Positions 35,792 to 45,789 of a DNA stretch of 64,000 nt are shown piece after piece. This stretch comes from Escherichia phage DT571/2. The stretch is from the sequence record NC_047749.1, one strand, 5' to 3'. The position numbers and the translations under genes were made by a program. The notes below the pieces were generated by a model, which was not told the DNA's origin, made no database searches, and saw nothing but the letters and a program-made list of their open reading frames with translations. Position 1 is the first letter of the stretch; each line of letters begins with the position of its first letter.

Positions 35792-36280
35792 TTACATCTC
35801 CGCAAGTTCTTGCTCAGTAATAACTGTATTACACAGTGCATCTACAGCTTCATTACCACTAATACCAGAATGTCCTTTAACCTTAATAAAGGTAGGATTA
35901 GTATTGTGAAAGTTGATATACTGCTGTGTTAATTTAAATGCTTCCTGCCAAAGTTCTAGATTAAGAGGAACCTCACCATCTGCTTTCTTCCAGCCTTTCC
36001 TTTGCCAAGAAAACATCCAGCTTTCCATGCCATTTTTGCAATAAGCAGAGTCAGTATAGATAACAATTGGTCTATTATCCTTTTTAACGGACCAACGTAG
36101 AGCTTCTACAATAGCTGTGAGTTCCATCTCATTATTTGTAGTTTTAGGACTATAGCCAGATTTAGAGCCTAGACGATCGTCATTATCATCATAGACAATA
36201 AAACCCCAAGCACCGGGACCTGGGTTGGACTTACAAGCACCATCTGTGTAAATGTGGAAAACCGACATTATTTGCTCCAA
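35792..36280 (-). CDS. rnh: ribonuclease H
   Basis: 162 aa; RNase HI motifs YTDGAC, TNNEMELTA, YTDS, GHSG. Confidence 0.85.
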   Translation of the reverse strand: MEQIMSVFHIYTDGACKSNPGPGAWGFIVYDDNDDRLGSKSGYSPKTTNNEMELTAIVEALRWSVKKDNRPIVIYTDSAYCKNGMESWMFSWQRKGWKKADGEVPLNLELWQEAFKLTQQYINFHNTNPTFIKVKGHSGISGNEAVDALCNTVITEQELAEM

Positions 36281-36328
36281 TTAATAGTTACCCAATAGCC
36301 TTCACGCTAATTACGATCAAGTAAAATA

Positions 36329-36358
36329 TATTATATTTGAAATTATACCTAATAAGCA
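36329..36358 (-). promoter_or_regulatory. T5-early-type promoter within a 20-bp inverted repeat
   Basis: RC of TTGCTT-18-TATAAT. Confidence 0.45.
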
Positions 36359-36378
36359 AGTATAATTTCAAATATAAT

Positions 36379-36395
36379 AGCCCCGAAGGGCTATT
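36379..36395 (-). terminator. hairpin after thyA (AGCCC-CGAA-GGGCT)
   Basis: GC stem with tetraloop, AT-rich flank. Confidence 0.4.
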
Positions 36396-36399
36396 TAAG

Positions 36400-37239
36400 T
36401 TAAGAGGACATTTTAGCTTTAAGAGCTGGATGAGGATCGTACCCCTCTAAGTGGAATGACCAGGCTGCTGTATTATTTTCTAATAAGTCGTAAAGATCTA
36501 CAAATTCTGGCATTACTAGAGTTGGTAAAGAACGAGGTTTACGTTTTACCTGTTCTTCTACCTGTTCCATGTGGTCATTATAGATATGAGTATCACCGCC
36601 ACTAAAGATAAGATAACGAGGTTTTAATCCTGTCAGTTTTGCTAATATATGCGTTAATAAAGCATAACTAGCGATATTGAAAGGTAAACCGAGGAAACAA
36701 TCCACAGAGCGTTGTGTCCATTTAAGATCTAAGTACCCATCATTACTTACATAGCACTGGAAGCCGTAGTGACAGGGTGGTAATGCCATTTTATCAAGTT
36801 CAGCTACGTTCCATGCAGAAACTAGATGTCTGCGGCCATGTGGATTATTCTTGAGTCCTTCAATAAGTTCTAGAATCTGATCTCGCCCACCAAAGTTACG
36901 CCACTGTTTACCATATACTGGTCCTAGATTACCATTATCATATCCCATACTTATAGCTTGGTCTTCATAATTTGGAGTCCAGATGGTCCACTGTCCTTCG
37001 TCACGACCAAATGTGAATACACGTAGATCATGAAGATTTGTGGAACCAGACAAGAACCATAAAAGTTCTCCAACTACCGATTTCCAAGCTAGACGTTTAG
37101 TAGTTACAGCCGGGAACCCGTCACGTAGATCGAACTTAGCATAGGAATCAAAAATTGAAACTGTGCCTGTTCCTGTACGGTCATTACGGGGTTCACCTAG
37201 TAAAATTACATCTGTCAAAATTTTTAAGTATTGTTGCAT
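36400..37239 (-). CDS. thyA: thymidylate synthase
   Basis: 279 aa; active-site LPPCH motif and other ThyA blocks. Confidence 0.9.
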   Translation of the reverse strand: MQQYLKILTDVILLGEPRNDRTGTGTVSIFDSYAKFDLRDGFPAVTTKRLAWKSVVGELLWFLSGSTNLHDLRVFTFGRDEGQWTIWTPNYEDQAISMGYDNGNLGPVYGKQWRNFGGRDQILELIEGLKNNPHGRRHLVSAWNVAELDKMALPPCHYGFQCYVSNDGYLDLKWTQRSVDCFLGLPFNIASYALLTHILAKLTGLKPRYLIFSGGDTHIYNDHMEQVEEQVKRKPRSLPTLVMPEFVDLYDLLENNTAAWSFHLEGYDPHPALKAKMSS

Positions 37240-37772
37240 TAATAAGTAACCAATTCCTGTACAAATCGCAGGCTGTTATCACTGTTTGCGCCAGTTGCGT
37301 AAACTAATCGAGTAGATTCATAGTTGTAATCTAGAATCGTATTATCCAGATGTACATCTGCCTCTAGCTTCTGTTCGCTAAAGATTGTAGATACAAAAGC
37401 ACTTTCTATATGCCCATGTTGGTACATCTCTAGAAGAAGATTAGCTCCGCCTAGAACTACTGTTTGCTGATCTTTTAAGAACGTGGGCAATGTATCCCCA
37501 ATCTTAGAAATTGGGGTGTAAATATCATGTGTAATATCGTCTGGCAATGGACGATCAGCACGAATAAATAGGTCAGAAGTTCCAATCATACGTTCCCTAA
37601 CGGCGTATGGAAGAGCTAAATAAGTACCAGCACCAATAATAATATTATTAGGATTTAGTACATCTAATTGTGAATAAAAAGCACCTAGTTCTTCTTTAAA
37701 AGAACCCCAGGGAAGCTTACCTCGGAGGCCGAACTCCCCATTCGGCCCAACTGCATACATTGCTGTAATCAC
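37239..37772 (-). CDS. frd: dihydrofolate reductase
   Basis: 177 aa; DHFR-like N-terminus; adjacent to thyA as in T5. Confidence 0.75.
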   Translation of the reverse strand: MITAMYAVGPNGEFGLRGKLPWGSFKEELGAFYSQLDVLNPNNIIIGAGTYLALPYAVRERMIGTSDLFIRADRPLPDDITHDIYTPISKIGDTLPTFLKDQQTVVLGGANLLLEMYQHGHIESAFVSTIFSEQKLEADVHLDNTILDYNYESTRLVYATGANSDNSLRFVQELVTY

Positions 37773-38914
37773 AGGAAATCTCCAAATTCATTGCCCAGAT
37801 CTTTCAGAGTATCAGTAGAAGTCTCAGTTACCTGACCTACACGATAGGCTGCACCAATCTGGATTTCTTGTGGAGCAGGCTGTAGAGAAGTAGTATCCAA
37901 CCAGTTCATGATCCACGGAATAGGGTTTTTAGTGATTACTGGTAAGTGACTAGGCCATTCTACGCCAATGTGCATAAACGCGTTGCGTCCTACAAAGTAC
38001 AGGTACTCTTCTAACAGTTCTGCATTCAAACCAATCAGGCTACGACCGTTGAAAATGAAATGACCCCATTCAATTTCAGTTTTCAGAGTTTTCAGGAGCT
38101 GTGCTGGTGCTTTAGCCACTGCTTCATCTACCAGATCTTTGTCAAACTGCTGGAACATAATCTGGATGATTGTTTTAGACATCTGAGTATGTAAGGCTTC
38201 ATCTTTAGCAATCAATTGCAGATTTTTAGCAATACCTTGCAGAATATCGTTCTCTGCTAACGCAAAGGTACATGCAAAGGATGCGTAAAACTGCATTGCT
38301 TCCAGACCGTAGATTGCAAAATAAGCATCTAACAGTTTAGCCTGAGTTTCACGCTTAACTTCAGGGAACTCAGTTTCTGGATACGTATTGTCACCACGAT
38401 GATCACGTACTGCGATGAAATACTGACCTAACTGGTACAGTTCATCAAACAGTTCAACAGAATCTGCGATACGTGCGAATGCTTCTTGGTTTTTGGTTAC
38501 AGAATCAATAAATTCTGCTGGATCAGTCAGCACATTACGAATAATATTACTATATGCACGGCTATGCAGATCTTCGAAGTAGCTCCACTGCTTGAGCATA
38601 CCTTCCAATTCTGGACGGCTTACCAGCGGCATAATAGCTGCTTCAGGCGCTCGACTGATAAAGGAATCAGTTTGAGTCTGCCATGCTAAGTTCAGGAGTG
38701 TGATTTCCTGAATTTCACGTGGGAGATTGGGCCATTGTTTCTTATCGGCTTCTAAACTGATTTCTGTCTCAGTCCAAAATTGAGAGCGAGCTAATAACGC
38801 CAGCCTTTCCAGCTCTGGATGGGCTACTCGTACATAATCTGCGATACCTAGAGAATCACCGAGAAATAGATCTTTATTGGTATGATCCCAGTTTAAGTTA
38901 AGTAAAGTTGTCAT
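37769..38914 (-). CDS. nrdB: ribonucleotide reductase class Ia beta subunit
   Basis: 381 aa; di-iron ligand blocks including EALHT. Confidence 0.9.
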   Translation of the reverse strand: MTTLLNLNWDHTNKDLFLGDSLGIADYVRVAHPELERLALLARSQFWTETEISLEADKKQWPNLPREIQEITLLNLAWQTQTDSFISRAPEAAIMPLVSRPELEGMLKQWSYFEDLHSRAYSNIIRNVLTDPAEFIDSVTKNQEAFARIADSVELFDELYQLGQYFIAVRDHRGDNTYPETEFPEVKRETQAKLLDAYFAIYGLEAMQFYASFACTFALAENDILQGIAKNLQLIAKDEALHTQMSKTIIQIMFQQFDKDLVDEAVAKAPAQLLKTLKTEIEWGHFIFNGRSLIGLNAELLEEYLYFVGRNAFMHIGVEWPSHLPVITKNPIPWIMNWLDTTSLQPAPQEIQIGAAYRVGQVTETSTDTLKDLGNEFGDFL

Positions 38915-38922
38915 TAGTTCTC

Positions 38923-39438
38923 CTATTTATCTGTGTTTCTAAGTAGTGTTGGATCTTTGGTTATAGAGAGGATTAAAGAATCTCGATACTCTATCGCCTC
39001 TTCTAGAGTTGGAAGAGTTTTCACGTATTCTTTTCCGTTAATGGATTTTCTAACTTGAAATCCAGACCCTTTCTTCCGAATATTCTTAGTACCCAATATA
39101 TTGTTTTTACTGGTTTTTCTATTTTGACTATTTAACTGCCAGTCTGCTTCTCTTAGATTAGTCCACTTATAGTTTAGTGGATCTCCATCTATATGGTCAA
39201 CCATAACTTTGGGTAAGTTTCCTGTCATGTACAGAAAAGCAATATTTTGTGCAGGGTACTTCTTACCCTTGATTTGTATTACTAAGTCTTTTCGGTTAGG
39301 ATCTACTGAGTGTGGTTTTAAACAACCAGCAGGTAGTCCTCTTACTTTATTGTGTACTTCTTGGTTATTTAACCAAGTAAATGTTCCTTCATCTGGATTA
39401 TACTCCAGAATCCTTTTTAATTCATCTTGTGTTATCAA
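38923..39438 (-). CDS. HNH homing endonuclease
   Basis: 171 aa; HNH motif VDHIDGDPLNYKWTNLR followed by AP2-like region; sits between nrdB and nrdA. Confidence 0.8.
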   Translation of the reverse strand: MITQDELKRILEYNPDEGTFTWLNNQEVHNKVRGLPAGCLKPHSVDPNRKDLVIQIKGKKYPAQNIAFLYMTGNLPKVMVDHIDGDPLNYKWTNLREADWQLNSQNRKTSKNNILGTKNIRKKGSGFQVRKSINGKEYVKTLPTLEEAIEYRDSLILSITKDPTLLRNTDK

Positions 39439-39539
39439 AACTAATCTCCTTAACTAATAGAGATATTATAGCAAATCAGATAGCGATTAGCAAGTAAAAT
39501 TTCAAAGAAAAAGGAGACCCGAAGATCTCCTTGTTTTTA

Positions 39540-41975
39540 TTAAATAGTACAACCGCCTGATGCACAACCGGCTGCTTCTTCACCAGCCCCACCACCATTT
39601 GCAGTGTTGAAGTTAGCATAATACCAAGTTTTCCACCCGTATTTAACAGCAGTCATGAAATCACGAACTACTACTGGGCCAGGAATAATTTCATTCTCAA
39701 ACTTGGTGTAGTCATAGTACATATTCGTACTGATAGACTGACTGAAGAATTTCTGCATAGTTGCTACCCATTTGATCCATTCAATACGATCCACATCGTA
39801 AGCCAGTTTATAGCTCATGAGAGTATCCCAATCAGTTGCACCTGGAGCGATTGCAATTACTTTATTCACTGCACTACCCTTAATAGATACAATCTTACGG
39901 GGTGGTTCAATAGAGTTAGTAACCCCTAACAGAACGGAAGAACTTTCTCCTGGCATCTGAGCAGTCAGAACAGAGTTACGCATACCGTATTTCAGAATAT
40001 CTGCACGCAGAGATTCCCAATCCATTTCTAGACCTACTGATACCAGCTCATCAACAGTTTTCTTGTACGTGTCGATTACCAGAGTTCCTTTGGATGGTTT
40101 AGTACGATTAAACCATTCACATGCACCTTGCTCTTTGGCTAGACGTACAGAGGCTTTATGCAGGAAGTAAGACAGTTTTTCAGCTTCACGATGAATCCAG
40201 TTACGTGCTTCAACGCCTTCATAAGCCAAACCTTCCGCCGCCATTGCACCTGCTGCGTTCATCAGACCAATACCAACGTTACGACGTTTCTTAGCTGTAT
40301 ATTCCATAGTTGGGAACGGATAATCCTGAATTTCAATAATTGTATCAACGAATTTCAGGAGGATGTAGCAAGTTTTTTCCCACTCAGCCAGAGATTCCAT
40401 GCGTCCAAGTACAACACCACCTAAGTTACACAGAGATACTTCACCAATATCCTCCGGCTTCATTTGATCAAGTTGTTCTTTTGTTTTATACAGCTCTGTA
40501 ATGTGGTGGAATGGGCGTGTAGGCTGATTAATTTCAAGGCATAAATTACTCATACGGATTGGATCAAGGAAGTTACCGTGACGATTAGATTCCCCGATGT
40601 GGTGCGCATACATACGTCCTGTTTCCATTCTGATACGTAGCCAAGTATCTAGGATTTCTTTTGCAGAGACTTTAGGAGCTGCTGGAACTGTTTTTCCTTC
40701 ATGGTCGATCTTTGTAAGAGATGCCACACGTTTCTCCGCTGCCACATAGATTTCTTCAAATTTAGCCTCGTCATCACTATAAAACGCTTCATGAACTTCT
40801 GGAGCATAGAAGTATGACATTAGCGTAATATCTTCATTTTTCAGATAACGTTTTAACAAAAGATTATTAAAGTTCAGAGAATAATCCATCTTATCGATTT
40901 TATTCTCGTCTGTAGCACGTTGCTGCTTAACCTGCATCAATTGGATGATTTCAGGGTCAAAGTAAGGATAGGATACAGTAGCAGAACCACCACGAGTTTG
41001 CTGAGTATTAGCCTTTACTGATCGGTCAATGTGTCGATAATATGGCAGTTTTCCGGAATGCGGGAATGCCCCGTTTCGCACCGGATCAGCAATTGATCGG
41101 CTTTCAAGATGATACCCGATTCCCGCTCTGGCTGCAACCATTTTGAAGACGATGTGTTCGGCTGTGTCGATTGAATCCAATGTGTCAGTGGAATCAACGA
41201 GGCAACAACTAGCAAATCCACGGTCACTAGAGCGCAAGCCAACCAATGGCGGCGTAGGAACGTTGATCTTGTGGAGCGACATTGCATTGTAGAGATCGAT
41301 TGCATCTAGAATTGTCCAATTAGGTTGAGATAACATCGCCATTGCCATACCCATATAGGCAAATTGCGGGGTTTCGTAAATTTCGCCAGTTGCGATATTA
41401 CGACGGGAATACTTATCAAAGAATTGTTTCAGTCCTCCACTAGTGAAAAGACGGTCGCGATCATGGTCGATAACCTGATTCAGAGCTTCAAATTGCTCAT
41501 CGGTAATCCATGCACTCATGTCTTCCCATGCACCTACACTAACCATATGATCGTGGAAGAAGCGTAGGGAAGGTGGTTCGAAGGAATCATAAAGACGTTT
41601 ACGCATCTGCGCAAGACGTAATTCCTTTGCGGGCACGTCGTATGCTGGGTTATCTTTGATAAGACTTTCAGCAGCTTTAATTAACGCATCCATCAGAGTA
41701 TCGGAATCTACAACCCCTTTAGGTAGAGTTTTTTGAGCAGCCATAGTAATGGCTGACCAACTTACATCAACTGTTTTGCAACCATACTCTGCCCAACCAT
41801 TGAGTTTTTCAGGAGCAAAGTCTTCTACAGTACCGTCACGTTTAATTACTTTTTCAATGCGATGGCTCATTTGGTTTTCCTTTTTATGGTTATCAGGATT
41901 TAGGAAATAGTTTACTTTATTCTCAGTCATTTGGCAAATAAAATTTTCTGATAGAAAAGGCCCGAGTATTTTCAT
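39540..41975 (-). CDS. nrdA: ribonucleotide reductase class Ia alpha subunit (start may be an internal Met)
   Basis: 811 aa; ATP-cone VIKRDGT, catalytic Cys blocks, C-terminal CxxC tail. Confidence 0.9.
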   Translation of the reverse strand: MKILGPFLSENFICQMTENKVNYFLNPDNHKKENQMSHRIEKVIKRDGTVEDFAPEKLNGWAEYGCKTVDVSWSAITMAAQKTLPKGVVDSDTLMDALIKAAESLIKDNPAYDVPAKELRLAQMRKRLYDSFEPPSLRFFHDHMVSVGAWEDMSAWITDEQFEALNQVIDHDRDRLFTSGGLKQFFDKYSRRNIATGEIYETPQFAYMGMAMAMLSQPNWTILDAIDLYNAMSLHKINVPTPPLVGLRSSDRGFASCCLVDSTDTLDSIDTAEHIVFKMVAARAGIGYHLESRSIADPVRNGAFPHSGKLPYYRHIDRSVKANTQQTRGGSATVSYPYFDPEIIQLMQVKQQRATDENKIDKMDYSLNFNNLLLKRYLKNEDITLMSYFYAPEVHEAFYSDDEAKFEEIYVAAEKRVASLTKIDHEGKTVPAAPKVSAKEILDTWLRIRMETGRMYAHHIGESNRHGNFLDPIRMSNLCLEINQPTRPFHHITELYKTKEQLDQMKPEDIGEVSLCNLGGVVLGRMESLAEWEKTCYILLKFVDTIIEIQDYPFPTMEYTAKKRRNVGIGLMNAAGAMAAEGLAYEGVEARNWIHREAEKLSYFLHKASVRLAKEQGACEWFNRTKPSKGTLVIDTYKKTVDELVSVGLEMDWESLRADILKYGMRNSVLTAQMPGESSSVLLGVTNSIEPPRKIVSIKGSAVNKVIAIAPGATDWDTLMSYKLAYDVDRIEWIKWVATMQKFFSQSISTNMYYDYTKFENEIIPGPVVVRDFMTAVKYGWKTWYYANFNTANGGGAGEEAAGCASGGCTI

Positions 41976-42014
41976 ACCCAGGCCTTCTGTGTTGTCAGTC
42001 TAGTTTTTGGCCAC

Positions 42015-42212
42015 TTAAGTTCTCAGCAGAATATCTATTGAGGTACTTAGTTCATTATAATTGAAGGGCCGATTTGGATTTGAGGTTACAATTTTCCACG
42101 CTAGGGTAGTCTTAGGACTATCTTCCCCTTCCTTACGTGTAATCATATTAGCAGCACTCAATGAGGTATGATGAATTTTAGTTTTTCGGCGTAGATGTAC
42201 AACGTTTCCCAT
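42015..42212 (-). CDS. small hypothetical protein
   Basis: ATG immediately after phoH stop; the longer track ORF 42015..42281 overlaps phoH. Confidence 0.4.
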   Translation of the reverse strand: MGNVVHLRRKTKIHHTSLSAANMITRKEGEDSPKTTLAWKIVTSNPNRPFNYNELSTSIDILLRT

Positions 42213-42213
42213 A

Positions 42214-42975
42214 CTACACCTTCCCCATGTCTTTAAAAATATCGTAGAATGCTTTAGACTCAGCAGAACGAACGTTATCAATCAATTCGATCATTGAGAA
42301 TGGGGCATTTTCATACTTCTCATAAACTTCCATAAGAAGTGCTAGACCTGAGTCACCTTTAATGTCTTTTTGGGCTATATCTCCGCAGATAATTAAACGG
42401 CAGTCTTGTCCTACACGAGTTAGGAGACAAACCATTGCCTCAACGGAAATATTCTGAGCTTCATCGACAATTACATAGGAGTTGTTGAAAGTTCTGCCAC
42501 GAGCATGTTCTATAGCCAAAAATTTAATTTTCTGACGTTCGACATATCCCTTATAGGCGTGATCACCGATGGCCCATTTCATACCATCAGCTATTGGCTC
42601 CAACCAAGGCTCTAGCTTTTCTGCTAGATCACCAGGAAGCATACCAAGAGACTTACCTAGAGGTTCATTAGGACGGACGAGAATCACTTGCTCAATATCT
42701 GAGTGAATGTCTACGAGTTCCTGAGCTGCAAGAACGGACGGAATAAAGGTTTTGCCAGTACCTGGCTCACCGATACCCACAGTCACTGTGTTGTTCTTGA
42801 TCATATTGATATATGATTTTTGCTCGCGGTTTTTACCTACTAGGGATTTAGCAACTGGGTTGACGTAATCATTAGAAAAATCAGCCTGAATTACGTTACT
42901 CTCATATTTGTTGCCACGCTTTCTTGAACCATTGCGGTTCTCTCTTTTTTGACGTGCTTTTCCCATAAATAACAC
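42214..42975 (-). CDS. phoH: PhoH-like ATPase
   Basis: 253 aa; Walker A GEPGTGKT and PhoH blocks. Confidence 0.85.
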   Translation of the reverse strand: MLFMGKARQKRENRNGSRKRGNKYESNVIQADFSNDYVNPVAKSLVGKNREQKSYINMIKNNTVTVGIGEPGTGKTFIPSVLAAQELVDIHSDIEQVILVRPNEPLGKSLGMLPGDLAEKLEPWLEPIADGMKWAIGDHAYKGYVERQKIKFLAIEHARGRTFNNSYVIVDEAQNISVEAMVCLLTRVGQDCRLIICGDIAQKDIKGDSGLALLMEVYEKYENAPFSMIELIDNVRSAESKAFYDIFKDMGKV

Positions 42976-43041
42976 TCCTATAGTGTACTTTGCTTCTAAC
43001 AGAGGATCAACAAAAGATCTTGTTTATCAACTTACAAATAT

Positions 43042-43070
43042 ATTATACCAGTATATACAGTAAAAAGCAA
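43042..43070 (-). promoter_or_regulatory. T5-early-type promoter for the phoH-nrdA operon
   Basis: RC of TTGCTT-17-TATAAT. Confidence 0.55.
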
Positions 43071-43207
43071 CTACAATTTTAAATAAGCCTATGATATTGC
43101 ATTTAAATAAAAAATTTGCTTGCTTATAAAGGTAAAAGTATGATACTAGATAATCATTTATTTATACGCGAAATACTACAGTATTAGATGGCGAAAGAAA
43201 AATTTAA

Positions 43208-43236
43208 TTGACATAGTGGGTAATATTTAGTATAAT
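43208..43236 (+). promoter_or_regulatory. consensus sigma70 promoter TTGACA-17-TATAAT
   Basis: perfect -35 and -10 hexamers with 17-bp spacer upstream of nrdD. Confidence 0.65.
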
Positions 43237-43370
43237 AAGTGTAAAAATTCTGAGGAGAAAACTAACCCACAGTAACTACTGTAAAGAGTAGAACTGTCAG
43301 TACAGAAGTTTTAACGGGGGTATAGAGGTCCTCGGTACTGTAGCTACAAAATTTATAGAGGAAATAATTA

Positions 43371-45197
43371 ATGACAGAGAATGAATTAATTGAGAATTGC
43401 AAAGGTCTGCTCACTCTAACTGCGGATAAAGACTTACAACATAATAATGCTAATAAGCCTAGTGAGATGTTCCATACTCAAAGAGACTTATTGGCCGGAG
43501 AAATCAACAAGTATCTAGTATCGCAGGAATTACCCAAACATCTATTAGACGCCCATAATCTAGGTAAGATACACATTCATGATATGGATTACAGAGCACA
43601 GGGGTACACTAACTGTTGCTTAGTAGACCTTGGTGGCATGCTGAAGAATGGTACTAAAATTGGTAATGCAAATATTGAAACTCCTAAATCCATAACTACT
43701 GCATGTGCAATCACTGCTCAGATTATTGCACAAGTATCTGGTGCTCAGTATGGTGGCACCTCTATTGATCGTATCGACGAGGTTCTAGCCCCGTATGTCA
43801 GAAAGTCTTACAATAAACATCTGGGTCGTGGTCTACGTTGGCTCAAGGATGAAAGAAAAGCTGCCGTGTACGCTACTGAGCTTACTGAAAAAGAGTGTTA
43901 TGATGCATTCCAAGCCCTAGAGTATGAAACTAATTCATTATTTAACTCTAACGGACAGACTCCTTTTGTTACGCTTGGCTTTGGGCTAGGACAGGGGTGG
44001 GAGGAAAGGATGATTCAGAAAGCCATCCTCCAAAATCGTATTAAAGGTTTAGGTGCTGCTGAGTCAACCCCTATCTTCCCTAAACTAGTATTCTCAGTTA
44101 AAGAAGGATTAAATAAAAATCCAGGCGATCCTAACTACGATATAAAACAGCTAGCACTTGAGTGTTCTGCTACCCGTATGTACCCGGACTATTTAAGTTA
44201 CGAGAAAGTTGTAGCTGTTACTGGTGATTTTAAAGCTCCTATGGGTTGTCGTAGTTTTTTATCTGCTATCCCCTCTGGAGAAATTGCAGGGCGTAATAAT
44301 TTAGGTGTAGTGTCTATCAATCTACCTATGGTTGCTGCTGAGGCAGATGGAGTTTTTGAAGATTTCTGGGATATTCTAGACAAATATGTGGATGAGGCTT
44401 TTGAAGCACATGACTTCTTCTTAAACAGACTGAAGAAAGTTAAGGCTAAACAAGCCCCTATTCTTTATATGCACGGTGGTTTTGGTGTACGTTTAGATGG
44501 GGAAGAGTATGTATGGCCTATTTTTGAAGGTAGATCCTCTGTATCTCTTGGGTATATTGGGGTCTATGAGATGTGTCAAATAATGTTTAGTTTACCACAG
44601 ACTCATAGGGACTGTATTGAATTTACAGAGGAGGTTCTCACTCACCTAAAAAATCGTTGCGAAGTTAAAGCTAATGAGACTAATCTTGGGTTTAGCTTGT
44701 ATGCAACTCCTAGTGAGTCTCTATGTAATCGCTTTAATAAACTACTGGAACGTAGGTTCCCTGAGTATTCTTGGCTAACAGATAAAGGTTATCTCACTAA
44801 TAGTCATCATTTGGACGTAAGGGAGAAGGTAGCTCCAGATACTAAATTTGAGTATGAAGCTCATTTCACCAAAATAGCTAATGGTGGTAATATATCATTT
44901 GTGGAACTACCACAAATGAAAAAGTTCCATAAAGCTCTTGAATACGTAGTAGATAAGGGACTAGAATGTAGCCATTATATTGGTGTTAATATACCGATTG
45001 ATGAGTGCTTCAACTGTGGGTATATGGGTGAATCTGTTGCCTCTGAACGTGGGTTTGTATGTCCGAGTTGTGGATCTGAAGAAATAGAGGTTACACGTAG
45101 GGTTTGCGGGTACCTGGGGTCCCCGGGCAGTAGGCCTTTCAATTCTGGGAAACAAAAAGAAGTGCTTGGTAGAGTAAAACACTTAAATCTTAAGTAA
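43371..45197 (+). CDS. nrdD: anaerobic ribonucleoside-triphosphate reductase
   Basis: 608 aa; C-terminal glycyl-radical motif RVCGYLG and zinc ribbon CFNCGY...CPSCGS. Confidence 0.9.
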   Translation: MTENELIENCKGLLTLTADKDLQHNNANKPSEMFHTQRDLLAGEINKYLVSQELPKHLLDAHNLGKIHIHDMDYRAQGYTNCCLVDLGGMLKNGTKIGNANIETPKSITTACAITAQIIAQVSGAQYGGTSIDRIDEVLAPYVRKSYNKHLGRGLRWLKDERKAAVYATELTEKECYDAFQALEYETNSLFNSNGQTPFVTLGFGLGQGWEERMIQKAILQNRIKGLGAAESTPIFPKLVFSVKEGLNKNPGDPNYDIKQLALECSATRMYPDYLSYEKVVAVTGDFKAPMGCRSFLSAIPSGEIAGRNNLGVVSINLPMVAAEADGVFEDFWDILDKYVDEAFEAHDFFLNRLKKVKAKQAPILYMHGGFGVRLDGEEYVWPIFEGRSSVSLGYIGVYEMCQIMFSLPQTHRDCIEFTEEVLTHLKNRCEVKANETNLGFSLYATPSESLCNRFNKLLERRFPEYSWLTDKGYLTNSHHLDVREKVAPDTKFEYEAHFTKIANGGNISFVELPQMKKFHKALEYVVDKGLECSHYIGVNIPIDECFNCGYMGESVASERGFVCPSCGSEEIEVTRRVCGYLGSPGSRPFNSGKQKEVLGRVKHLNLK

Positions 45198-45204
45198 GCT
45201 AATC

Positions 45205-45240
45205 AGCCAGGTTGCTAGTCGACCTGGCTTTTATTTTATT
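45205..45240 (+). terminator. rho-independent terminator after nrdD
   Basis: 8-bp stem AGCCAGGT/ACCTGGCT then TTTTATTTTATT. Confidence 0.7.
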
Positions 45241-45268
45241 TGCTTTCAGCCAAAAATTTATATATAAT
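45240..45268 (+). promoter_or_regulatory. T5-early-type promoter
   Basis: TTGCTT-17-TATAAT then GAGAGG leader. Confidence 0.6.
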
Positions 45269-45296
45269 AGATTTGTAAATTTGAGAGGAGAAAGCT

Positions 45297-45509
45297 ATGA
45301 GGATTCATAAGGTAGATAAAGATCGTATCTATTTTGTTATGGACTCCGGAGCATATGGATCTATTCTAAGAGAAGATGTTACTAAATTTTGCTTAATAAA
45401 TACTTGGATGGATAAGGAGAAGATTGACCCTAGATCAGGCATATGCTTATCGGAACCAGCTCTTTTAATTGCAAATGCAGAAATTGAATTGTTTGAGGAC
45501 ATAGAATGA
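45297..45509 (+). CDS. hypothetical protein
   Basis: 70-aa ORF. Confidence 0.5.
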   Translation: MRIHKVDKDRIYFVMDSGAYGSILREDVTKFCLINTWMDKEKIDPRSGICLSEPALLIANAEIELFEDIE

Positions 45510-45736
45510 AAAACGTAAAACACCTTAAATATCGCTTAATTTATAACGGACGTATGGAAACAGAAGAGCTAGCTCAATTAGCTATTAACTCTAATGAGGT
45601 TATGGTGCGTGCGCTAGCAATTGAAAAGTTGCGTGCTTCTTATGAAAGCCGTATTATGCGGCTGGAGGAAACCCTTTATGGACTTCTTGAATCAGAAGCT
45701 AGAAGCAACCCAGAGGACAGGCCTACTAAGCAATAG
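45506..45736 (+). CDS. hypothetical protein
   Basis: 76-aa ORF. Confidence 0.5.
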   Translation: MKNVKHLKYRLIYNGRMETEELAQLAINSNEVMVRALAIEKLRASYESRIMRLEETLYGLLESEARSNPEDRPTKQ

Positions 45737-45789
45737 AAGGTATGTATATAGGGAGTAATTTTACCTCAAAACATTATCGAAGGATTTAA

